This document shows positions 27,930 through 40,178 of a stretch of 64,000 bases of DNA, in pieces. This DNA comes from Macrostomum lignano (lineage: Eukaryota). The position numbers and the translations under genes were made by a program. How positions within the stretch are numbered: the stretch's first letter is position 1; each line of letters starts with the position of its first letter. Below the pieces are notes generated by a model. It did no database searches and was not told the origin of the DNA. It saw nothing but the letters and a program-made list of their open reading frames with translations. Where the stretch lies: assembly GCA_002269645.1 (NCBI GenBank), contig NIVC01000197.1, positions 1 to 64,000 of the forward strand. The letters run 5' to 3'.

Positions 27930-28720
27930 TTTTATTTAACAGTACGCTTGTGCAGGTAAACGGACATTCGTCAACCGGTATTTGTTTCAAGCTAAAATTA
28001 CTGAGGCTCCAGTGGCGTAGAAGGTGCCCGAAGACTGCTTCGTACATGTAGTCCTGCTTGAACCTTCCGGACATTATCATGAAGCACAATGCTGTACATG
28101 TGCGTGGACGCTGTAGAACTGGGTGAATGGTGACTTCACGGTGCCATCGAGAAAGCAGCGCCTTGCGCTTCGCAGCACTGACAGTTGGTCGGCGTCTGCG
28201 AACAGCAGATGCCGCCGCGAGGTGCCTGGCACCCACTTCAATTTCAAGCTCGATTGGGTGTTTTTTAGCCGCCCTTTTTTGTCTGCAGCACACACAAAAC
28301 ACGAAAGTTTGCCGCCTCGGCGATCAAACTCTCGCTGCGCTATATGGCAGAAGCCGGTGTGAAAGGCATCCGCCATAGCGACCCTTTTGTCTTATTTTGT
28401 ACGTGCCGCCGCAGTGCCCGGTCGACATCCAGCTCGTAAGTGTGCCGCTTGCCATGACAGTGCGAAAAATGCGCCTGGCGACTGTGTGGCAGTACCACCG
28501 GAATGTGTGGCCGCGACAACGCATGACGCAACGCTAGTACATGCTGCCAGCCTTGCCCCAATTTCGGCCCTGCTCGATCGTAACAGAGTGACAAAATCAG
28601 AAGGTCCGCGCCCCTCACCACTCTGCTGCCGCGGGAACGATGTGGAACACCAGCTCGGGCCCTTCTTTGTCTTTAAATTCTGGCCGGGCAACTCCGGCAA
28701 CTCAAACGGCGACTCATGGC
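27930..28720 (-). mobile_element. Mutator/MULE transposase remnant
   Basis: LLFADADQLSVLRSARRCFLDGTVKSPFTQFYSVHAHV then ALCFMIMSGRFKQDY in a shifted frame, resembling the MULE DGTFK/QLYTIH region. Confidence 0.7.
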
Positions 28721-31700
28721 CGTGAATTGGTCAGACATGGATCGAAGGACGTCACCTACTCCGCCAGCAGGTGCGACAACTACGTACCACCCGTCTCATA
28801 CATTACGTACTTAATTTTAATTACTTTTACAACGATAGTTTCTAAGAAAAGTTACTTCCAAGAATGTACGCGTTTTAAACAATTTTAAAATAATGCAATT
28901 TTAAAATTCTCTTGCTTGTGCAGCTACATGTATATAATCAATGTGCCATGTCCTTTTGTACTACATAATTCTAGATGCCGGTTCTTTGGCTTGCAGACGG
29001 GAGTTCTGCAAATACCACTCAGATATCTGTTCATTGCTAGGTTTATCGAGCTGTGAACACTAACCTGCAATGGTTTTAATTTTTTCGAAACGATAATGTC
29101 ACGAGGGCACAATTATGTTTAACATAACAATTTTACTCGTTAAGAAACAGTAACCGTTTCTTTGGTCTTTGAGGATTACCAATATTGAGTTTAATTAATA
29201 TTATTACCTTTATTTTTCAGTGTTACGGCAAAATGAGTCACAGATTTTTAATTTTCAAACGATCTAAAATGTATTCAGTAGTTTTTGTATTTGCTAACAG
29301 ACTCGACCAGAGGTCAGCCTGTCTGTATCTGACTTTTTCTTTTTTTACCTCTTTAGTGTTTGTTAAGAAATTACTACTGCATAATATATTCATGAGAGTC
29401 CTATCCCTTTAAACCTGCTAGTGAGATTATTAAACCTTATAATTTTCTCAACCTCCGACCTAAATCACTTGATTCGATTCGACCTGTCGTCCTGTCGAGT
29501 CTACACGACTTTACACAATTTCCACCATCCACCCTTATTTAATGTGAAGTTTCTGGGACTCTATGACTAATATTTAAGTCTATTATATTTTAAGTACAAC
29601 TATTTCTTTAATAGCAAGTCCGGTAGGCCTATGACGTGTCCATCACTTTGATTTTGGTGGGCCATGCTTTTTGATAGGCCAACCCCAGTCCAGTTTGCCT
29701 TTGCCTCTAGGTGCCCAACTGTCAACTGTCATGACTGTTCTGTGTTTGACATTCATGGTATAAAGTTATCTTGATTCTAGGTATAGTCTTAGACTCATAG
29801 GCCCTAGTCTTAGTCATTTAATTTTTCTATGTATATATTGTCTTGAGTTGCAAATAGACCTAGGCCATGCCCCTAGGCCTACCCTATGCTATATTGCAGA
29901 TTGTGGCAAGTTGATTTTGACAAAATTACTGCATACTAAAAATAGGCCTTATTAGGCAAAAAGGTGGCAAGTGTTTATACTAGAATGCCAGAATAAAACT
30001 GGATATTTTAAGATAAGAATTAATTTTTGTTTTTTTACATTGCATTGTATAAACTGTAAACTATAATTTTTTCAGTTAAAAGTATTAATTGTTATATATT
30101 GATTGTAGATTAAAATTATTTTTACATTGTATGCTAAATTATATGTTAGGTTAATTAGAGTAAAAAGACAACTCTATGGAGTGCGGATCTATGGATATGC
30201 CATAGTTTGGAATACCCTGAATATTATATGCTGGACTAAAATCTCTCACAATTTTTTTGGTATGCCAGTGTATGCCAAATTTTGAGTGCAGGCCCACTTT
30301 TAAATCTACGCCAGTATTGCAACAATAAATGACCTTTTTTATGTTGCAACAATGAATTTTTTTTAATTATGTAAAGTAACCTTTTTTTGCTAACAATTTG
30401 GTTAATACTTTTGCTTTTTTGCTGATATTATTTATAGTGGAAACTTAAAACATGTAAAAAATTGTTTAAATTTTCTATTACAAGCTCTAAAAACCTAGAA
30501 AGTTTAAAATTGCTTAAAAAGAAACTTGTTTTATATTTTTTATTCACTTTTCACAAACTCTTCTGTGTGATATTATTAACTGCATGCACACTATTTTCTT
30601 AGACTTTTTGATTTGATTCTGCAATTGCAAGAACATATATGGCACTTTTTGAAAATGCATTTTTATATGCTAGATAGTATGCCAGATTTCAAAAAATAAA
30701 AAATTGTATGCCAACTTTACGCCAAAAGTTGTGAGTGTATGCTGGATTAATCCGGCATGCTACCCCTCTTCCAGACTATGGTGGATATGTCTTTACTCAT
30801 ATAAACAAGGTCTATCATACTATATAGTATAAAATAAAAAAATTTAGAAGTTTCAAAATCTCACTCGACCCCCTACTCATTGGCTGGTGGGTTTCAAATA
30901 TACTAGGAAGATAAAAACAACCTTGAAAACAAACTCCTATATTTACCTCTTTATTCACCATGGCCCACAAGCTACCTTGTTCCTAGCTAGCTTTCTAACT
31001 ACTAGGCAATTTTTTTATATAAGTCAGTATAGCAAGTGAGCTAAAAGCAGGGGTTTTGCAAGTCACATTTTAGGCATATTAAACATTTTTAGGTGGAGTA
31101 GTTTGACAATCTAGTTGTTATATATTATCATTGGTCTGACATCCCTCTATGGATATGCCTATGGTAGATAACTGCTCTTATAGCTATGACTATAGAAATA
31201 TGGTAGTTGCAATCATATTTTGTAAACTCCCATAGCCACCACCTCTCAAATCTGTTATATGGTATGCCAGAAAAAGTGACCCCCTATATCATAGTTATAG
31301 TTTCTACTAGAAAAACAAATTTACTCATGATATATATACTAAACATTATCTAAAATCCATTGCAGCAATAATGGACCTTTTTGTTGCAACAATAAAGGAC
31401 CTTTTTTATTATGACAATAAAGGACCCTTTCTTACATTACAATATTTCATCTTTTGTATACCAATTGCTAAGCCATACACTAGCTCTGTGAAGCAATTTT
31501 CTTGCAGGGATAGATTGTTTTATATGCTAGATTTTATGCCAACAATTTTTTCAATTATATGCTGGAATTTTCTGGCATGTAAAATTTAGGAGTTGGGGTA
31601 TAGCCATTGTTATAAATAAATTAAAAAATTAAAAAATTAGAAACAAAATAAAACATAGATACTTTAGCAAACTATATAATAGATTTAAAAACTTTAAATT

Positions 31701-32269
31701 ATACATAATAAAGTACAATATAACACTACCAAATTATAACTTTTATTAATGTGAAAAAGTTCATTAGTTGTGCTTTCAGTAGTGATTTGGTATTGAAACT
31801 CTATAAAATAAATGGAAATGTAATCTTACAAAAGCAACTGAGTGTTTGTTTAAGTTTCTACCCTTATTTAAGTACTAGATATTATGTGCTATAAGTATTA
31901 TGTTATCTTCCTGATTCAAAATACTTTATTACTAGTTTAAAGTGTGCCATTTTTTATCACTTTTGAATAAAACATAGTGTCTATATAAGATAGTGGTGCT
32001 TAACATTTTTTAGGTGACCCTAATTTATTTACTTGCATCATTTTTTAATGTTTGCAACTTCTTTTATAATCAATATAATGCATTGTTAAGTATGATGTAC
32101 TCACATTTCTTAGTGCTGCAACCCCTAGAAAATGTTCACGCAATCTCACTGGGGGTTTCAACCCATAGGTTGAGAACCACAGATATAAGGCAGGCTACTT
32201 GGGATATAACTTTGATCAATAATCTTGTATTTTTGTTCCAATCAGAAAGTAGCCAAAAATTGTCTCAAT

Positions 32270-32500
32270 AAAATTACTTTAGGGATAACAGGAAAATAAA
32301 AATTAAAAGTTCAAATTTAAATTTTTGTTTTTTACCTCGATGTTGAATTAAAAAATCAAATTAAAGTTTAAAAAAAATAAATTATAATTAAAAAAACTTT
32401 ATTTTTTAATTAAAAAAAAAAAAAAAAAAACCGGAATAATCTTATTATTAAATTTTTCTTATTTAATATAAAATATGTACCTAAAGTAAATAAATATTAT
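32270..32500 (+). pseudogene. Mitochondrial large-subunit (16S) rRNA fragment, NUMT-like
   Basis: ATTACTTTAGGGATAACAG...AGTTC...ACCTCGATGTTGAATT...AAACCGG occur in the order and spacing of the rrnL 3' domain. Confidence 0.75.
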
Positions 32501-33014
32501 TGATTAAAAGTATTAATTATATTAAAATGAATTGCTTAACATTCAGTAGTAGATGATTTTTTAATATTAATTTTCTTTTAAACATCCACAAAACATCATT
32601 GGAACAATTTCTTATAGGTCTAATCCTTATGCTTAAAATACATGATTTAATTTTGACAGAAAATTCAACTTAATTTTGCCATTTCATTATTGTTAAGTTC
32701 TCTCAAAAGGTAAAAAAAATATCAATAAAACCATGAATAAAACCATGAAGCTAGAATTAAACAAAGTTTACTTTTTATGTTTTTGTTGACATTTATTTTC
32801 CGCCTATTATATGTAGTAGATGTATTATATATAGTTAATAAACAGCAGATGCAATATATGCACTATTTAAAAAAATTATTACACACTGTAAAATGGCAAC
32901 ATAAGCATACTTCAATAAAAGATTAAACATTTTTGCATTAAGCAACAAGGTACATATACAAAATTAACAATGATCTACATTTGTGTTATTCTTATAAACT
33001 GACAAAAATTGCAG

Positions 33015-33449
33015 GCTAACGGCAGGCCAGTGGTCACGGTGACCCGAGTGGCATCATTCTCAGCGGCCCACAGGTTGCACTCGATTCATTTATCAGCTGA
33101 AGAGAATGCCAGCTTATTTGGCAAGTGCAACTGGCCCAATGGTCACGGGCACAACTATACAGTTGAGGTGAGTGTCCGCGGTCCAGTAGATCCAAGCACC
33201 GGTATGGTAATGAATATCGCCAATTTAAATCAGATTATTGATGAGAAACTGCTTAGCCAAGTGGATCATTGCTGTCTGGACAAAGACGTGGCCTATTTTG
33301 CTAATGAAGGCCACGTCAGCACAACTGAAATGCTAGCGGTGTTCGCTTGGGATTGCTTGAAGCCTCACCTGCCAGACGGTCTCCTGCACAAGGTGTGCGT
33401 GTGGGAAACGCCTAAGAATGCCTTCGTCTATAAGGGCCAGAGGGCTTGA
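33015..33449 (+). CDS. PTS: 6-pyruvoyltetrahydropterin synthase
   Basis: FSAAHRLH, LFGKCNWPNGHGHNY, DPSTGMVMNI, STTE, ETPKN match recalled PTPS. Begins directly after an AG acceptor at 33014 with no ATG. Confidence 0.93.
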   Translation, partial: ANGRPVVTVTRVASFSAAHRLHSIHLSAEENASLFGKCNWPNGHGHNYTVEVSVRGPVDPSTGMVMNIANLNQIIDEKLLSQVDHCCLDKDVAYFANEGHVSTTEMLAVFAWDCLKPHLPDGLLHKVCVWETPKNAFVYKGQRA

Positions 33450-33534
33450 TTTTATATGTTGCTTTGCCCAGAATTGTGATTATTTTGCTACAGTAGTGTT
33501 TTAGTCTCGACCTAATTTTGCGCTGCTTCCCTTC

Positions 33535-34160
33535 CAGATCTGAAATTTACACCGTTAGCTCCCCTGATCCCATATTTACCCTGTTAGCTTCCCAGATCCC
33601 AAATTCATGCTGTTAGCTCCCCCTGATCCCATATTTACCCTGTTAGCTTCCCAGATCCCAAATTCATGCTGTTAGCTTCCACAGATCCCAAATTGATGCT
33701 GTTAGCTTCCACAGATCCCAAATTGATGCTGTTAGCTTCCACAGATCCCAAATTCACACTGTCAGCTCCCACAGATCCCAAATTCACACTGTCAGCTTTC
33801 ACAGATCCTAAATTCACACTGTCAGCTTTCACAGATCCCAAATTCACACTGTCAGCTTTCACAGATCCCAAATTCACACTGTCAGCTTTCACAGATCCCA
33901 AATTCACACTGTCAGCTTTCACAGATCCCAAATTCACACTGTCAGCTTTCACAGATCCCAAATTCACACTGTCAGCTTTCACAGATCCCAAATTCACACT
34001 GTCAGCTTTCACAGATCCCAAATTCACACTGTCAGCTTTCACAGATCCCAAATTCACACTGTCAGCTTTCACAGATCCCAAATTCACACTGTCAGCTTTC
34101 ACAGATCCCAAATTCACACTGTCAGCTTCCACAGATCCCAAATTCATGCTGTTAGCATCT
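33535..34160. repeat. 30-bp minisatellite (ACAGATCCCAAATTCACACTGTCAGCTTTC)
   Basis: Direct. Confidence 0.95.
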
Positions 34161-35269
34161 CAGATCCCAGACCAGACAGATATTCGGCCTTCAAAATTTT
34201 GAAGGGATTCCTCGTGAAGCTTGATATTTATATTGTCGTGCAATATTTTAACATGAAGTTATTTTCCTTAACAGTTGCTTCATCTTTTATAGTCAATTTT
34301 TATCTATTTTTACAGTCCCATCTGTTAATTACCTCTACTCATTTTCATTTAGTGTTGGTGTTTTGCATAATACGTTCATTATTCCGAAATTTTCTCAATT
34401 ATTCCTATTGGTATTACCTACAAGTAAAATTAAATATGCACCTCGATCATTTATTGTATATTTTCTGATACTTTATATATTCAATATGTACTGTTAACTA
34501 CGAGCTTAAAGACAAACCTGATCATTCATTGAATCTGCTAAGTAATTTTTATACTTATTTTTCTAGATGCATCATCTGAGGTCATTTTAAAACAATCGAA
34601 TTGTTAAATAAACAATTGGTAGAGGCCGCTTTTTATTATAAACTGAGGCATTCTATGTTTGAGTATTATGTTTTATTAATTCAGTACAATATTATGTTAG
34701 TAAAGTCTGTCAGCTTTAGGTGGATAATCTTCTTTGGCATCAAAGCGCTCTGAGAAGTTCAAGCCATGGCTGAATCCTTTGGCATCTCAGCAATCCCCTC
34801 CATGCGCCAAAGCATTTCAGCAATCAACTTTATGAGTACTGTTACCCTCTAATTCAAGTCGCAATTGCAATTCAGCCAGTCAACTGATGATTAATAAAAA
34901 GCCTGTTGTGATTCAATCTTTGTCAGAACCATAATTCAGTCAATCAGTTTTTGTTCAATTCAATTCTCACAATGCATTCACAGTCGAATAAATCTTGACC
35001 TTCGCAAAAAGCATCTTTTGCTAATATTTAAGCCCCTTCCCTTAGCATTAAGCAAAGACTTGCCCACCGGCGCCCGACATATTCTCTCCACTGGGAAGTT
35101 ATCCTTACCCTTCTGGGGTACCGGGTGCTTAAATCTCAGAATGGTAGTTTTTTAAGCCGTTTTTGCGCTTTCAACTGCAAGCCCCTAAAGGGGGCTCGTG
35201 TGCTAGTCTACATATACTAAAATCATATTCTCAAGCCGAAAGTTTGATTCCCCTATTCCAGCGCCTGAG

Positions 35270-35452
35270 ATGCTGCAACGGTTTCGCCAGTTGGACCATC
35301 TAGGCAAGAGTTTCGTTGGCACAGTGGTCGTGTTTGTCTCATTCGGCACCGGATTTGTATTCTTTGTTAAGCTGATGCGTTACAGACAGCTTGCCGCTTA
35401 CAAAGCCGAACGATTAAGTGCGGCCGAAGCGGCCAGGCAAAATTCTTCGTAG
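35270..35452 (+). CDS. 60-aa protein with one predicted transmembrane segment, family not recognised
   Basis: ATG 8 nt after a pyrimidine-rich AG (35261); hydrophobic FVGTVVVFVSFGTGFVFFV followed by basic residues; AATAAA near 35584. Confidence 0.6.
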   Translation: MLQRFRQLDHLGKSFVGTVVVFVSFGTGFVFFVKLMRYRQLAAYKAERLSAAEAARQNSS

Positions 35453-35699
35453 TTACTACTGAGCGATAAAATGAACAGTTGATGGATTCGGTTTCAATGC
35501 GATTTAGATCTTTATTATCGAGTGTGTTTGTGCTATAGAGTACTTGTGCGCGTTAGATTTCACAATTGAAATTGTAGATATTAATAAATAAATTATTTGT
35601 ACTGTGCATTCTGTAATTTAACCCAGTTATTTGGGTGCTTAGGTTGTTTACTTATATTTACTGTTAATTAATTCTGGGTCTAGTTAGTTCAGTAGATAC

Positions 35700-36020
35700 T
35701 TCAGTAGGACTATTGACTAACCCCTGATACTCTAGTAGGGCTATTGACTAACCCCTGATACTCTAGTAGGGCTATTGACTGACCCCTGATACTCTAGTAG
35801 GGCTATTGACTAACCCCTGATACTCTAGTAGGGCTATTGACTGACCCCTGATACTCTAGTAGGGCTATTGACTAACCCCTGATACTCTAGTGGGGCTATT
35901 GACTGACCCCTGATACTCTAGTAGGGCTATTGACTAACCCCTGATACTCTAGTAGGGCTATTGACTGACCCCTGATACTCTAGTAGGGCTACTGACATCC
36001 CAGATACTCTAGTAGTAGGG
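35700..36020. repeat. 31-bp minisatellite (GGGCTATTGACTAACCCCTGATACTCTAGTA)
   Basis: Direct. Confidence 0.95.
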
Positions 36021-36148
36021 CTATTTGCTCAGCACGCTGTCTAAAGTGTATATTTTAACTTTAAAAGTGTATATTTTAAAGTGTAGTCAGTCAGTGCTAC
36101 TCAAAAACTATTTTTTTATTTCAGCAGCAGCAATCGTAACCAATAGCG

Positions 36149-36643
36149 ATGCCGCCCAAAATCGATCCCACCGCTATTAACATTGTCTACTTGCGCGCCG
36201 TCGGCGGAGAAGTTGGCGCCACAGCCTCGCTGGCGCCGAAGATCGGTCCGCTAGGCCTGTCGCCAAAGAAGGTCGGCGAAGATATTGCCAAGGCTACTAA
36301 AGAGTGGAAAGGCCTGAAGGTTACGGTGAAGCTGGTTATTCAGAATCGCCAGGCCGTGGCTAGCGTGGTCCCCACCGCTTCAGCTTTGGTCATTCGCGCG
36401 CTAAACGAGCCGCCGCGCGATCGCAAAAAAGTGAAGCACGTGAAACACACCGGCAACATTACCTTCGACGAGGTGGTCGACATTGCCAAGACTATGCGGC
36501 CGAGATCGATGGCTAAGACCATGGCTGGCACTGTGAAGGAGATTCTCGGCACAGCCCAATCTGTAGGCTGCACAGTGGACGGCTCCAATCCGCACGACAT
36601 TATTGACAAGGTTAACGACGGCTCCTATGCTGTGCCAGAATGA
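36149..36643 (+). CDS. RPL12: 60S ribosomal protein L12 (uL11), no intron in CDS
   Basis: MPPKIDP...[36 protein letters not shown]...[15 protein letters not shown]; AATAAA near 36722. Confidence 0.98.
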   Translation: MPPKIDPTAINIVYLRAVGGEVGATASLAPKIGPLGLSPKKVGEDIAKATKEWKGLKVTVKLVIQNRQAVASVVPTASALVIRALNEPPRDRKKVKHVKHTGNITFDEVVDIAKTMRPRSMAKTMAGTVKEILGTAQSVGCTVDGSNPHDIIDKVNDGSYAVPE

Positions 36644-36964
36644 CAACTGAAACTGTTGTTAGCGATTGACACACCGGCTGCTATATGCGTCTGTTGTTGG
36701 GAGAGTACAACTAAGTAAAAAAATAAATTGATTGGCTAATTGATAAAGCCAGACTGAGGTCTGCGTGTTCTCTGGAAGAAATCGCCTCTGTCTTCGCTTC
36801 ACTCATTTTTATACATTTTCGTTCAATTCTTCCATGTTTAGATCTTCCATGTTAGTGAAACTTTGGGTTGATTGTGTCTAGCTAAAGCTCAGTTCCAGTC
36901 GTGTATTTATCAACTCCTAATCATCTACAGTCAGCTGCAATCGTTTTGAAATATCACCAAGTAG

Positions 36965-37755
36965 TGCCCGCTAGCAGCAGTTGCATCAGACCGAGTAGTG
37001 TTAGCAGCAGTTGCATCAGACCGATTAGTGCTAGCAGCAGTTGCATCAGACCCAATAGTGAAAGCAGCAGTTGCATCAGACCGATTAGTGCTAGCAGCAG
37101 TTGCATCAGACCGATTAGTGCTAGCAGCAGTTGCATCAGACCGATTAGTGCTAGCAGCAGTTGCATCAGACCGATTAGTGCTAGCAGCAGTTGCATCAGA
37201 CCGATTAGTGCTAGCAGCAATTGCATCAGACCCAATAGTGAAAGCAGCAGTTGCATCAGACCCAATAGTGAAAGCAGCAGTTGCATCAGACCCAATAGTG
37301 AAAGCAGCAGTTGCATCAGACCCAATAGTGAAAGCAGCAGTTGCATCAGACCGATTAGTGCTAGCAGCAGTTGCATCAGACCGATTAGTGCTAGCAGCAG
37401 TTGCATCAGACCGATTAGTGCTAGCAGCAGTTGCATCAGACCGATTAGTGCTAGCAGCAGTTGCATCAGACCCAATAGTGAAAGCAGCAGTTGCATCAGA
37501 CCGATTAGTGCTAGCAGCAGTTGCATCAGACCGATTAGTGCTAGCAGCAGTTGCATCAGACCCAATAGTGAAAGCAGCAGTTGCATCAGACCCAATAGTG
37601 AAAGCAGCAGTTGCATCAGACCCAATAGTGAAAGCAGCAGTTGCATCAGACCCAATAGTGAAAGCAGCAGTTGCATCAGACCCAATAGTGAAAGCAGAGC
37701 AGCAATTGCATCAGACCCAATAGTGAAAGCAGAGCAGCAATTGCATCAGACCCAG
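36965..37755. repeat. 30-bp minisatellite with two alternating variants (GCAGCAGTTGCATCAGACC...)
   Basis: Direct. Confidence 0.95.
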
Positions 37756-37805
37756 CAGTGCATCCCGCCCGCAAGCAGCATAGAGTCTCGCCCATCGGCT
37801 CACTG

Positions 37806-39814
37806 CTGACCCGCTACGCCCAGCTAGTGATCGGTCCGGCCGGCAGCGGCAAGAGCACCTACTGCGCCAACTTGCAGCGCCATGCTGAAGCCTGTCGACG
37901 ACGAATTCTAGTGGCCAATTTGGATCCGGCCGCTGAGCATTTCGACTATCAGCCTGTTGCTGACGTTCGAGATCTTATCCAGGTGCGATTAACATTATAC
38001 GAGAATCAGAAATCGTCTACTAACGAGTAGCAAGAAGAGAATGTGCAAAAATGATTGCAGTACAATAGTAGTTAAATGGGATTTTTTCATAACTTATTTG
38101 TCTACTGATAAGTTCCTAGCTAAGTGCTTTGTGCCAGCTGACTAAGAACTCCTCAAACTCGTTTCTTGACTGTCGCAAATTCTCTCAAGTCTTGATAATC
38201 AGTCGGAAAGTGCAACGACTCCCCTGAGCAAGCACACAAGCGCGCGGATACGTACGCAGTCATACCCACAGGCACACACTCACACGGGAGAGTACAGCGG
38301 CCCTAACTTTATTTATCGTTGGGCATGTACACTTCACTGTGCCTTGGGGGGTTGGTCTTCAAGGGCGTTAATTGCACGAGCAGAGCCAAGCCGAGATTCC
38401 AATTCAGCCCCTAATTGATGTGACTGCACTTGGAATCGAGCCTACATCAGACAACTAGGCTACGGCTGCCAACCCCGAAACACAAAGAAGTATTTTACAA
38501 TTAGAAAGTCCGTGGCCGCTGTACGAGTACATCCTGTACTTGTGTGCCAGTGATTCGTGATTTGATATTCTATCCTCTTCAATCCAACCAGGTCCACGAC
38601 GCCATGGAGGACTCCGAATTGGCCTTCGGTCCCAATGGCGGCCTTGTATTCTGCATGGACTACTTGGCGCACAATCTGGACTGGCTTGACAACGCATTGG
38701 ACGCCGTGGCAGAGGACGAATACCTTCTGCTAGACTGTCCCGGCCAGATCGAGCTGTACTGCCACCTGCCCGTGATGCGGCAGATTGTGGACTATTTGCA
38801 GTCTCGCGAGTTCCGCCTCTGTTCGGTGTTCGTGCTGGACTCGCAGTTCCTTGTGGATCCGTGCAAACTGGTCTCGGGCCTGTTCGCCGCCCTGTCGGCC
38901 ATGGTTAATCTGGAGCTGCCGCACGTTAATCTGCTTAGCAAGCTGGACCTGCTCAGTCGGGCTCAGAAGCGTCAATTAACCGACTACCTGGAGCCGGACC
39001 TGGCTCACCTGCTGGCTGAACACGGCGGCCCCCTTTCTGCCCGCTATGCCGGATTGAACGCTGCAGTTGTAGACTTGATTGACAGCTATAGTTTGGTGCG
39101 ATTTGTGCCATTCGATGTTAGCGACGAGCAGTGCGTGACGGATGCTCTGCTGCAGGTATGTCATAGGGACTCTGCCGTGTTTGCTTATGAAAATTTCTCC
39201 GTGAATGTCTGAATCTGCATTGTGAATATTCGTGAATCTGTATCGTGAATGTCTGTGAATCTGCTCCGCGTAAATGTCCGTGAATCTGTAACGTGAATGT
39301 CTGTGAATCTGTAACGTGAATGTCTGTGAATCTGCATGTGAATGTCTGTGAATCTGCATCGTGAATGTCTGTGAATCTGCACCGTATGAATTTCCGTGAA
39401 TCTGCATGTGAATGTCTGTGAATCTGTACCGTGAATGTCTGTGAATCTGCATCGTGAATGTCTGTGAATCTGCATCGTGAATGTCTGTGAATCTGCACCG
39501 TATGAATGTCCGTGAATCTGCATGTGAATGTCTGTGAATCTGTACCGTGAATGTCTGTGAATCTGCATCGTGAATGTCTGTGAATCTGCACCGTAAAGTC
39601 TGTGAATCTGTACCCTGTGAATTTTTCAATGTCAGGTGGACATGGCTCTACAGTACGGCGAGGACCTGGAACCGCAGGAGGGGACTATGAAGCAGCAGAA
39701 GGCGGCGCCGAGCATGAGCGAGTAAACGGCGACGGCGACTGCGAAGGCGAAATCGGCGCAGTTGGCGGCGGGCCACAGTTCAACGTTGAAGACCATTTGG
39801 ACTTTGGGTCCTAA
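37806..39814 (+). CDS. GPN3: GPN-loop GTPase 3; start codon and C-terminal frame anomalous
   Basis: Exons ~37806-37982, 38592-39155, 39636 onward. [50 protein letters not shown]. Confidence 0.88.
38214..38442 (-). mobile_element. SINE family A, partial, in GPN3 intron 1
   Basis: Matches the 3830 copy. Confidence 0.8.
39200..39620. repeat. ~23-bp variant minisatellite (GTGAATGTCTGTGAATCTGCATC) in GPN3 intron 2
   Basis: Direct. Confidence 0.93.
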
Positions 39815-40178
39815 ATTGCCGACCTTTTGTGTCACTTGCGCGGCCTTTGTGTCATCTGAGCGTAGCAAAATACATGGAATATTACTTACGGACACGAACG
39901 TTTCAACTGCATTTTTACGTGTATAAATTATTTATTTTTAATCGACTACGAGTGTGTATTTATCTTTGCTAAATTTGTTATTTAGTATTTGTTTTCAAGG
40001 GAATTTTACTGCACTGGTGGGAAGAGGCAGTCTTAGTAAAAGGCCTTCGCTTATAAAATTAACAATAAGCATGTACACTCTGTGTGCATTGGGGGTTGGG
40101 CCCTCATGCCTGTGAATCGCAGGACAAGGAAATGAATGTGCAGGCCGCGCACGGAATCGAACCAGGGTCGTGACGCTA

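Noticed and set aside
32412-32430. Poly(A) run as a retroposition tail
   Set aside because: It is followed by CCGG at the spacing expected within rrnL, so it is more likely internal rRNA sequence.
35030-35210. GC-richer patch with hairpins as a snoRNA or snRNA
   Set aside because: No recognisable box C/D, H/ACA or Sm-class signature; Infernal/Rfam would decide.
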